NCBI GenBank assembly: GCA_964016885.1
Contig: OZ024740.1
Location: forward strand, 160,208,001-160,272,000
DNA from: Eledone cirrhosa
Taxonomy: Eukaryota
Reading direction: 5' to 3'
DNA: 64,000 nucleotides
Part shown: positions 52,865 through 64,000 of the stretch, in pieces
How the letters are laid out: every line of letters begins with the position of its first letter
Position numbering within the stretch: position 1 is the stretch's first letter
Position numbers and translations under genes: made by a program
The notes under the pieces: generated by a model
Database searches by the model: none
The model's input: the letters and a program-made list of their open reading frames with translations, nothing else
What the model was told of the DNA's origin: nothing

Positions 52865-54764
52865 ATGTGTGTGTATTTTCATTCATATTAATCTGCTGAG
52901 GTGTGTATATTTACTTGCTTTTATTGTTTTGATAAATTTATGTTGATGTGTATGTGAGTGTGGAGTTTAGTGTCATATTTATGCAAGAGTATATACAAGA
53001 TGTGTCTGTAAAACGATGAGAGAGAGAGTCAAGGAGAATAAGAGAAAAGAAGCAAAGAGACAGACAACAACCCCCAGTTAGCTAATCGATGTATTCTGAG
53101 ATTTGAATGGCTAAGCGCAGAATATATAAGAGGACATTACTGTAGACATAGAAAAAAATAAAATATTAATTGAAATCTAGTTAGTTATTTGTTATTGTTG
53201 TCCCTTTAAATGCTTGTGTGTGTTTTTCAAGATAAGTTCTCTAATAAACGCTATAACAATATCCCTCATAGAATTGATCTGTTTTTCACACTTATTGTTT
53301 AAACAAGTGAAATACTTTGCAGTATTTGTTCTGAATCACTGTGTTCTGAGTTTAAATCTTGTCAAGGTCAACTTTGTCATTCACAGGTGGTGAATTAGTA
53401 GAGTTGATAGAGTGTACACAACAATGCCTTAAAGTATCTATTTTAGTTCTCTGCATTCTGAATTCAAATCCTGCTATGGTCCACTTTGCCTTTCATCGCT
53501 TTGTCTCTATAAATAAAATAAATTTCCAGTGTGGTGGATCAACCAAATTTAAAAAAAGCATTGTAATATCTGTTCTAACATTTTTCTATTCTAAGTTCAG
53601 ATTTCTTCAAGAGCCAGGGTTACTCACTTGACCATAGCAATGAGTGAAGTGGATTGTAGTTGTCTACTTCTTTAGTTGAACAATGCTCATGAACTTGTGA
53701 ACTCTTAACAACCTGTATCACATAAAACTGCATTAGAAAAACATTCTTTATAAGTATAAAACAGAATTTTGACTGCATCATATTAATTGAAGTCTTTATT
53801 CTTATACTGCAAAATTCCGCAAGGGTCTGTTGAGTAGTAAAGTTGCTAGAAATTATGAATTAGCAAATGCATTTTAAACTCTTAACATCTCGTTCCACAT
53901 GAAACTACATTAGGGTTGGGATGCTATATACACCATTATTACCAAATATATGAACAATCATACAATCTGGGAAATTTGCATTTTGATAAATTAATAGTTT
54001 GCATAAGAGAAAGCCTATAGTTTGTCTTGATTACTGGTACATGGTAAAGATTTTAGTTAGGAAGGATATTTTGATAATTCAATTCCAGGATATAATTCCC
54101 TAAATGTACAGCACATATGTACAAATGACATACATGTATGAGTAACTTTAAAAAAATAATGATTTACAGGGACAAGTGTAGGGATAGAACTAGGAACTTG
54201 TGATTAGCAAGCAAAGGGTTATTGAAGCAACATGACTGAGATAAGAAATGCATTACATAAATGTGAGGGTATAATCTTTAAAGAGCTACCAGGAGATATA
54301 TACCCAAACACACATGGTATATTATGGTTGATTTTTCTGTTGCAGCATTGATTCCTTCTGGGACAAGATGCAAGCCAACTTTTTTGTTGTGATCAATTGA
54401 ATTAAGTCAACAAAATTCTCTGATACTTTTTCATCGACTCAATGTTTTGAAAGAATAAAAGAAGCTAAAAAATCAACAACCCCATACTCTACTGGGATCT
54501 GAACTCAGAATGTAGAAAACAACATTTAAAAACTTTACAATATTTACTCTGATGCCTCTATCTACTGGTTCTTTTATCTTAGCCGCAGTGTTTATTGTGA
54601 GTTTATTACTAAATCAAACCAATGGAGAAGAGAGATTTAATTAGAATTATATCAAATATAGAAGATAAAATAGAACATTAAGTATTTTGTTTGTTGTTGT
54701 GAAATGTCTCAAAGACACAAACAACATTACTTGTCATGTTTATAATAATAATATTGATGATGAT

Positions 54765-54778
54765 ATTACTACTACTAT

Positions 54779-54837
<59 letters not shown>

Positions 54838-54851
54838 GTTCTGCTGCTGCC

Positions 54852-54880
<29 letters not shown>
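54765..54880. repeat. (TAC)n and (AAT)n microsatellites
   Basis: Directly visible. Confidence 0.95.
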
Positions 54881-54882
<2 letters not shown>

Positions 54883-55518
54883 TATGTAATAGTCAGATCT
54901 ATACATTGCTTAACTGAAAATTCTTGTGTAAACAGCATACACATATACACACACAGAAACAAGGCCATTTTTCTCAGTATTGTTGGCATTATTACTAAAT
55001 GGCAGCAGTGATGCTTTTGATTCCTGCTTTTGTCCGTTTGGACAGTTTGTTAAATATACAATAGATGGGTGGTGACAGTGGTAGTGGGTCGTGGAGGTGG
55101 AGACAGTGTAAATGGTGGTGGTAGGGGTGAGGTTCATTTGAAACTCTGGTTATTATAGTCTGTTTAAAACTTCTGTTTTGTGCAAGTTCAGACTGTCCTC
55201 AACCCTCAAAATATAAATAATGAAAAACATAAAGTGTTGTCTTCTTCCTTCCAAAGATAGTTCTTCACCTTTGTATATCAACTGGTCTGTAGTTCCATAC
55301 TATTTCATGAGAACACATCATCATCATCATCATATGTAAATTTTTTCATATTAACTTGGAATCTAAATGCACTACAGTACTCCATTTTTTCTTTGTTCTT
55401 CTTCACACTGTTATCACATATCCCCCAATTGATATCATCAATAAGTATCACATATCCATAGCAGCACAAACAATTTTAAATAACTTCTGAGAAAAGAATT
55501 ATACAATATATATATATA

Positions 55519-55620
55519 TCATCATCATCATTTTACGTCTGCTTTTCCCTGCTTGCAAGGGTGGGATGGGTCTTATTAAGCATGGCATCTCTCCATTTGT
55601 CACAGTCCTTTGTCATCTCC
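55519..55620 (-). mobile_element. Very short RTE 3'-end insertion
   Basis: Matches 28700-28810 and 50080-50185, including the (GAT)n tail. Confidence 0.8.
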
Positions 55621-56417
55621 TATGTTAATATATATATTAACAACCAACCAGATTACTTTGCTATATTTATATATGAAGAAGCTTTATCAAACCACCAGAT
55701 TGCTTTGATGAAACATCATGGCTATGTTGTAAGAAACTGGATAAATATCATAATGTATATGCTATTATCAATATTTAAGTGCAGCTTATATTTGAGTCAT
55801 TACTTCACTTTTCATTTTATCTCTTTGCCATCTTCCACCTCAGTGTAAAAAAAATGATTGTAAAAAATAAACACAATACAAGTGGACAACATATTACAAT
55901 AATAGTACATTAATATAATACTTCTAAGTCAAGAACCATAACATTTTGGATGATAGTCCTTCATAAGAAGAGAAGAGCAGATGTTTTGGAGAAAGAAGAA
56001 TAAACGCATAATTGGTAGTTAGCTACATAAATATCATCATCATCATCGTTTAACGTCCGTGTTCCACGCTTGCATGGGTTTGGACGGGGGTTGTCCCACT
56101 TGAAGCAAGAGTGATTGTCTTGCTCGCATAGGACTGTCTGGCAGGTTTTCTACAGTTGGATGCCCTTCCTAACACCAACCACATTTACAGTGTGGGTCTG
56201 GGAGGTTTTTACCGTGTTGCCTACACGGCCACATTACAGCGTGGACTGTGTGTTTTTTTGTCGTGACACCTACACGATCTCATTTGTTTCGGCCTGGATG
56301 GTGTGGCACCAACATAACTTTACATAGAAGGGGGCGGTGTGGATGGGGTGGGGGTGGTGGGACGGGGGTGTATTTTGTTAGAGATGCCTACTGACTGTAG
56401 TAGGTTTTACTTTGTAT

Positions 56418-58770
56418 TTAGGTAAGGCGGGTCTTCTCTATTACTGAGTACCGCCAAAGGTCTCGGTCCAGTGACATTGTCTTGGTGAGGTGTAAGTGTG
56501 TGAGGTCGGAGTTTATCAGCTCGTCCCAGGTTTTTCTGGGTCTGCCTATTCTGTGGCTACCGTCTATCTTTATTGCCCTGCACTTTGTTATACAGCTATC
56601 GTCCTTCATGTGCATCACGTGACCATACCAACGTAGCCTTCTCTCTAGTAAACAACATCTGATCCCTCTTATTTCTAATTTTTTCCTTAGTTCGTTTATG
56701 CTTTGTCGTTCACGTATATTACTATTACACATCCAGCGGAGCATGCAAGCTTCGTTTCTCTCTAGTCTGCGTATATCCTCTGCACACAATGCCCAGATCT
56801 CACTGCCATGCAACATTGCTGTTCGTATGCAGGCATCGTACAACCTGTCTTTCATTTTTAGGGAGAACCCTTTAGCGGTTAATAGTGGTATAAGCTCTCT
56901 GAACTTTTTCCACCCAGTTCTGACTCTAGCTACTGTACTTTCAGAGCACCCTCCCCCACTGCTGATTTTGTCACCCAGGTAACGGAAGCTGTCCACTATT
57001 TCTATAGAACCCTCTGCGCAGTTGAAAGAGCTAGTATTTTGTGGGCACTTGCTGATACTTATTGCCCCAGAACACCGGCCACATGTAAAATCTATGTTCT
57101 TAGTTAGATTACCTGTGATCCCACTACATCTTTTATGAAACCAAACTTTGCATTTGAGACACAAAATGGAATTTCTACCTACGCCTTTCCTACACTCTGC
57201 GCATGGCCACTTCCCGGAGGGGACCGCCGCCTTATTTTCTTTCTTACAAACTAGAACTTTAGTCTTAGCCAGGTTAATTTTAAGGCCTTTTGATTCTAGC
57301 CCGTGCTTCCATGTTTGGAATTTCTTCTCTAGCTCGGCCATTGATTCAGCTATGAGCGTTAGATCATCTGCGTATAGGAGTTCCCATGGGCAGCCGGTCT
57401 TGAACTCCACTCTTATAGCCTGGAGGCTAATAATAAATAGTAGGGGGCTAAGAACAGAGCCCTGATGAACACCAACTTTTACACTAAACTCTTCACTATA
57501 TTCGTTGTTAATTCTAACCTTGCTGACTGTTTCTTTATACATGGCTTGTATAGCTCTCACAAGCCATTCATCGACACCTAGTTTTCTAAGAGCCCACCAG
57601 ATAATGGAACGGGGGACTCTGTCGAAGGCCTTCTCCAAGTCGACGAAAGCTAAGTATAGGGGTTTACTTTTAGCTAGGTACTTCTCCTGTAGTTGTCGTA
57701 CAATGAAAAGAGCGTCTGTGGTACTTTTTCCTGACACAAACCCGAACTGCATTTCATCTAGATCAATTCGCTCTCTGATTAGTTGCGCTATTACTTTTTC
57801 CGTGACCTTCATGACCTGGTCGATTAATTTAATGCCTCTATAGTTACTCCTATCTAGGGCATCTCCTTTACCCTTATAACAGTTAACGATAATGCTGCTA
57901 CGCCAGTCCTTCGGAACAACCCCATTCTGTATGACTTGGTTGACTATCCGGGTGACCATGGTGTGTCCCACCGTACCAGATGCCTTCAGCATCTCGGCAA
58001 CTATTTCCGAAGGCCCAGCCGCCTTGCCTGTCTTCATATCTTTGATTGCCTTACTTATTATACTACCCTCGACTAACACTGCTGGTCCCTCTATTGGGTC
58101 GATGTGGGGGAGACTGTCTTTCTCCCATTTATTCTCCTCATTGAGTAGCCTTTCATAGTGACACTTCCAAGCTACCTTCTTATCGGCGTCGGTGATGGCA
58201 AGTACGCCGTCATCGTTAAGTACACACTTCTCCCCGACAATATCACTGTTTTCCTTGACACATTGCCTAGCAATCCTGAACACCTCACGTTTTTGGTCCT
58301 CACGTTGTAGAACATGCTTGAACTTTCTTTCCTCTGCTTCCCTTCTTGCGAAGTACACTTGTCTCCTAGCTTCCCTCCTGGCCACTTGATAGTCTTCTCT
58401 GCTTCCCCCATCCCGCCATACTTTCCAAGCCTGCTTTTTGGCCTTAATTGACCCCTCCACCTTACTGTTCCACCACCATGTTACTCTCCTCCTGCCTACA
58501 GGCCTGCTCCAGCCACAGACTTCGTCTGTCGCCGTCAGCAGGTTTGCTTTCAGGAATTCCCACTGTTCCTCTACCTTGTACGACTCTATTTGCTCTTCCT
58601 TACTGTCGAAAGCATCAAGTAATATGCTTTGGAATTTATTTTTGGCTGTGGGGTCCTTTAGCTTCCATATTTTTCTCCTGAGGGTAGTCCTCTTCTGTTG
58701 CCTAGTACGTCTCGTCCTGACTATTAGGTCGCTAATTATCAGTCTATGTTGGGAGGTGCATTCTTCATGG
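56418..58770 (-). CDS. RTE reverse transcriptase with internal PHD finger (frame open from about 58770)
   Basis: KAAGPS, YKGKGD, NYRGIKL, MQFGF, FVDLEKAFDRVPR, GVHQGSVLSPLLF, LYADD, C4HC3 finger, FRYLG and RRLRWYGHV. Confidence 0.9.
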
Positions 58771-59420
58771 GGAGGGATTTAGTGTTTACAACAGTCACTT
58801 TGTCACGTCTTCTGGTAAGGATATAATCTACCTGGCTGGTATGTTCCCCTGATCTGTAGGTGATCAAGTGATTGTCTCGTTTTTTGAAGTTAGTGTTGCA
58901 GATAGTTAGGTTATTTGCGTCACAGAATTCCAGGATTCTGGAGCCTTCCTCATTTCTAGTACCAAACCCATAGCCTCCATGGATTTCGTCGTAGCCATCA
59001 CAATGTTGTCCAACGTGACCGTTTAGGTCGCCTGCAATAATTATATAGTCACTGTCAGTTATTTGGGAGGTAGTGAGCATCAGTGTCTCATAGAATCTGT
59101 CTTTTATAGTGCTGGGCAGTCCGGATTGGGGTGCGTACGCGGATATTACTGTCACCGTGGTTCTATTGAGGACAAGTCTTATTTTAATTATTCTGTCGTT
59201 CACTCTATTTACGTCTATTATCTTATCTGCCCACTTTTCTGCTACCATGATTCCTACCCCACCCAGCCCATTGTCATTTCCCACCCAGAAAAGCTTATAG
59301 CATCGTTTTCTACCCACAATGAATCTAGCAGATCCACCCCTCCACATGGTCTCTTGAATACAACAAACATCGACCTCCTTACGTTCAAGCATTTCTACAA
59401 CCTCATTAGAGCGACCCTTT
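58739..59420 (-). pseudogene. RTE apurinic-like endonuclease domain (frameshifted from RT)
   Basis: KGRSNEVVEMLERKEVDVCCIQET...GVGI...SAYAPQ...IAGDLNGH...SQVDYIL. Confidence 0.9.
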
Positions 59421-59749
59421 AAGGAATATATGCATATATATATATATAATTACGAATGATTTTCCGAAGAGGAACAGAAAGAGACCACAGTTATTAGAGA
59501 AGTACATAATGATTTTAAATGAATAAATCTGTTCTAGTCGCATGGAAGTCATTTCTGTATGAAACAAATCATATATAAAAGTGCATGTGTGCATTTACAT
59601 ATGTGTGCAGGCATGGCTGTGCAGTTAAGAAGTTTACTTCAGAAGTAAGTGGTTTTGGATTTCATCTGATTTTACAGTATCATAGATTTCATTTGAACAT
59701 AGTCTTATAAGTGAAATTTAGAAGATGGAAAACTTCAATAGATAATGAC

Positions 59750-59930
59750 TTCTGATTTAGGCACTAGGCCAACAATTTTGGGGAAGGGAAAAGTCGATTA
59801 AATCGACTGGTGCTTTATTTGTTGACCCCATAAGGCAAAGCTAACCTTGGCAGTATTTGAACTCAGAATGTAAAGGGTTGTAGCTCTATGCCAAAATGCA
59901 TGTTGTCCGACGTTCTACCGATACTGCTAA
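59750..59930 (-). mobile_element. Cephalopod-type SINE, degenerate
   Basis: Same family motifs as 44060-44240. Confidence 0.72.
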
Positions 59931-60226
59931 TACACACAAGTATGTCTGAATGGTTAAGAAATTCAATTTGTGACATCTTGGATGAGTGTCTTTTATCATT
60001 GCCTCAAGTTGACTTCCAACTGTTTAGAAGCCTTTTCTTATATTCCTATATAAATGTCTAGTTATATATTTTAATTTTATAAAATGTTTTCTATGGGAAG
60101 AAATACCAGTCATGTATTTTTATATCTTCCAGTGTATCTCTTTGTCATACCACTTTAGCTCTTTCTTTGTTTATTCTTCTGTCTCTTTTTCTTTTGGGAT
60201 GTGCATTTATTTATTATTTAAATATA

Positions 60227-60330
60227 TGAGTTCAAATCCCGCCAAGGTTAATTTTGCCTTTCATCCTTACGGGGTCGATAAAATAAAGCACCAGTAATGC
60301 TCTGGCCTGTGCCAAAAGTAGAAACAATTA
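60227..60330 (+). mobile_element. 5'-truncated cephalopod-type SINE
   Basis: GAGTTCAAATCCCGCCAAGGTTAATTTTGCCTTTCATCCTTACGGGGTCGATAAAATAAA...GCCAAAAGTAGAAAC. Confidence 0.82.
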
Positions 60331-60894
60331 TTTATATATATGAGATATATATTATATATAAGACATGTATATACTTTTATATAAAAGACACAGTCATATG
60401 TGAAATTTCTATCAACATTTGCATATCAACATCCATACACACACATGGTAATACATATACACCAACATGCATATACTCACAGATATACACATACACATAG
60501 AGAAAGATTTAAACATTTATCACATATTGGTGAATGAATCAGACATGAAAATTAAAGCAGCCAATACCACAGAATACAACAGTAACAACTGCAGCAGCAA
60601 CAACAGCAATGAAGATAGCTAACTATAATTTAAACTATGAGACTGAATGATACCCCAATTTTAATGTTAGATGCAAGCTTTGCATTATCTACGTGGTTAT
60701 ATTTCCCTTAAATCTTCACAAGCTGTTTCATATTGCTCGCATTTGTTATATAGATTATTATACTTAATGATTGTTGATGTAGTATTGTTAATAAAATGAC
60801 AATAGGCAGCTGCAACTAGAAATGTTAATGTCAACTAGTTTGAATGTTCTCTCTATTTTTTTGCTAGATTGATCACATCATAGCAATACATAGG

Positions 60895-61765
60895 CAATAA
60901 ATGTGGAGCAATTGAGAAGGCTGGAAAGAAAGGATGTGAATCATGCTTTGTTGGGTGTGTATGAATAATGGGGTGTTGAGAGAAGAAACTGGGCATCAGA
61001 AATAACTAACATAATGTGCAAGAAAGAAAACTAATGAGGAAATAGGATGGACTTGATATGAGTTTGACGATGAGTTTTCCAGTTGTTCAATTAGCGGACA
61101 TTTTGATCATGAAATTAGAGTATAAGTGGCTGAATATTCCATAGGCATGTATCCATAACGTAGTTTTCAGAGTGATTGAGAATGAAACAGTGTATGATAA
61201 AGCTGGCCCTTTGAATTACAGGTATGGGCTTCCAAACAGTTTCAGTTTGCCTAATCTAATTCGCAAGGCATGGATTGACCTTAGGTTATGGTAAATGACA
61301 CTTGCTAAATATGTCATTCACTAGGATTGAACCCAGGACCTAATGATTGAGAAGTGAACTTCTTACTCATCCAGGTATACTGCATTCACTCATATAAGAT
61401 TGTATATAAAACAACAACATACAGATAGAAATGGTAATATCTAGATTGATTGGATCATAGCAAGACATGCAACAAAGAATGTAGAGGATATGTGAAGGCT
61501 GAAGGCTGGAAAGAAATGAAGTAGAGCATGCTCTGTTGGCTATGTAGTGTCACTGTATCTGAATTATGGAGCATTTATATGGTTGAGAGAAAGATTAAGT
61601 GCCCCATAACAAGACATGTGGTGATGAATATGGAGGATATGTGAAGGTTTGGAAAGGAATGTAGAGAAGCATGCTCCAAGTAACACTATACATGAATGAT
61701 AGATTATATATATATTGCTGAGAGAAAAACTGGGGATTAGAGGCAGCTGCTATATTGTGTAACAT
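60895..61765 (+). mobile_element. Highly decayed RTE fragments with an intervening minus-strand SINE remnant (about 61200-61375)
   Basis: Three 'GAAGGCTGGAAAGAAA..' (RRLERNE-like) remnants and GAGAAAAACTGGGGATTAGAGGC (EKLGIRG). GGATTGAACCC is the complement of a B box. Confidence 0.5.
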
Positions 61766-62030
61766 TTCAGATCAAGTATGCTTCTGTAACAAGCTTTTCC
61801 TGGACCAGTGTATATATTTACACACACACATGCATGCCAGCACACACACACAAGTGCACACACTCAGTCACTTTACAATAATTAAAATCCAAAGTGATTG
61901 ATACAATGTTGATAAAACTTTGCAAATATTCACTCTGATGATGATGCTTATAATGCAGAAATACACAAACTTTTTAACAATAACACATCAGATTTATAGA
62001 ATTTAAACACACACACACACACATCCATCT

Positions 62031-62084
<54 letters not shown>

Positions 62085-62171
62085 TTATAATGTGTGTGTT
62101 GTGGAGTGATCTGTCACCGTGTTTGTGTATGAACGTATATCATTATGATTTTAGATTTGTTTTCCATATTG

Positions 62172-62204
<33 letters not shown>

Positions 62205-62244
62205 CCTTTCCATGCTTGTATATATATATATATATAAATATAAA

Positions 62245-62310
<66 letters not shown>

Positions 62311-62356
62311 CATATATATATATATATATATAAATACATATATATATATATATATA

Positions 62357-62772
62357 ACAGAGAAGACCCGCCTTACCTAAATATATAGTAAAACCTACTC
62401 CAGCCAGTAGGCATCTCTAACAAAATACACCCCGTCCCACCCCCACCACCCCCACCCCATCCACACCACCCCGTTCTATGTAAAGTTATGTTGGTGCCGC
62501 GCCATCGAGGCCGAAACAAATGAGATCGTGTAGGTGTCACGACAAAAAAACACACAGTCCACGCTGTAATGTGGCCGTGTAGGCAACACGGTAAAAACCT
62601 CCCAGACCCACACTGTAAATGTGGTTGGTGTTAGGAAGGGCATCCAACTGTAGAAAACCTGCCAGACAGTCCTATGCGAGCAAGACAATCACTCTTGCCT
62701 CAAGTGGGACTACCCCCGTCCAAACCCATGCAAGCGTGGAACACGGACGTTAAACGTTGATGATGATGATGA
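62357..62772 (+). mobile_element. RTE 3' UTR-only insertion (family of 56030-59420)
   Basis: Starts at the last codons (EKTRLT*), is the reverse complement of 56040-56440, has a (GAT)n tail and is flanked by (TA)n. Confidence 0.92.
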
Positions 62773-62789
62773 TATATATATATATATAA

Positions 62790-62844
<55 letters not shown>

Positions 62845-62845
62845 A

Positions 62846-62887
<42 letters not shown>

Positions 62888-62888
62888 A

Positions 62889-62925
<37 letters not shown>

Positions 62926-64000
62926 AGTATGGAAAGGCAGACCTAAAAATGATATGGTGATGATGATATATATATACATACGTTTGCATATACACATAGC
63001 TTTTTTCAATCATTATCAAATTGACAATCATACATTGATTGCTTGCCAAAATACAGCATCATAATCCTTTAGATATTATTATTGTGCTTACTAAGATTTT
63101 GTACAGCCTTATCATCATAAATATCAGTCACCAACAAATTTGTTCATCAAATATGCTATCCAAACAATATAGAATGTTTTTGAAATTTCAAAAACATACA
63201 CATATTGATCTTCAACTTTAAGCCTCTATACAAGTATTCTTCTGCTATGTAAACATTAAAACTTTCTGAAGTTGAATATTCCCCATTGTGTTTGCAATAT
63301 TTTTTTATATTCTGCAATGTCTTCATTGTTTGACAGCAATTGTTACATCATCTTATATACTACATACAGTGCACCAAGATATGTGTTAGTGCAATGCTGC
63401 TAACATGATCGTCTTTCCTTGTTCCTCTACTTCTCTCTGTATCACTGTCTATCTCTCAATTGCACTGTCTGTCTCTTAGGCCTGTTTGCTTTTAAGAGGT
63501 GTTTTGCACTTTACCCATGCTTTTCCTATATTTGTATTGTTATGGAAAACTATGTCTGGCTCTTTTCTTTTACTCTTCTCACTCTCCTCTTTTTTCTCTT
63601 TCTCTCTCTCAATATATATATATCTCCTCTTTTCTCTTGCCCTTCTACAACTCTTTTTCTCTTTCCTCTCTATTTCACATACGTAAGCATACCTGAACAC
63701 ACATGTCCAAATATGCACACACACACACATGCTTGCACATACTCACACATTTTCTTTGCTGTTTAGTCTGTCCCCTGGTCTCCTTCACTCTCTTACTTTC
63801 CCTTTCATCTAATAACTGCCCCTTCTCACCCACCACTCACAGACAAATACATACTTAAATCCATATACAAACTTTACTTCCTGTTTCTATAAACTTAATG
63901 TCTTTACTGTTCTGTCTCCCTATCAGTCAGTCTGTCATCCTCTCTCCCTCTCAGACAAACATATACACATATTCTTTACTCTTTCACACATACCTTATTT

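Larger units (their letters stand above)
56030..59420 (-). mobile_element. Nearly intact RTE LINE (APE-RT, single frameshift at about 58770, slightly 5'-truncated)
   Basis: APE motifs CCIQE, SAYAPQ, GDLNGHV, QVDYIL and HRLII; RT ORF continues to 56418; 3' UTR and (GAT)n tail present. Confidence 0.95.

Noticed and set aside
44400-55400. Host gene exons in unique-looking stretches (e.g. 45480-45670, 47140-47330, 55000-55310)
   Set aside because: No convincing splice-site pair with an open frame or recognisable domain. Small exons cannot be excluded without RNA-seq.
61930-61970. CTGATGA...GAAA string
   Set aside because: No stem III/NUH or stem I partner; overlaps a (GAT)n run.

Overview
Eukaryotic, AT-rich, apparently gene-free DNA. 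The SINE, RTE-LINE and (TA)n content strongly suggest a coleoid cephalopod (octopus-like); this is an inference. No host exon, rRNA, true tRNA gene or CRISPR array could be supported, and almost all listed ORFs are microsatellite translation artefacts. The window is a nested stack of retroelements mostly inserted into (TA)n tracts. (i) Many Penelope-like elements (PLEs; RT plus C-terminal GIY-YIG), including one uninterrupted 690-codon ORF (34446-36518) and several fold-back insertions with an inverted pseudo-LTR (pLTR), the largest a 2.8-kb palindrome. (ii) RTE-clade LINEs: one group has a C4HC3 PHD finger inside the RT, another has three C-terminal C2H2-type fingers. (iii) R4/Dong-like RLE LINE fragments. 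(iv) tRNA-derived/Nin-domain SINEs. The most striking hidden layer is RNA structure. About 25 type-I hammerhead ribozyme (HHR) motifs from roughly a dozen unrelated sequence families sit in the PLE pLTRs. Many have palindromic stem III (dimer type), several have very long stem II inserts, and several have non-canonical catalytic cores. All folds were read by eye and are not computationally or experimentally validated.
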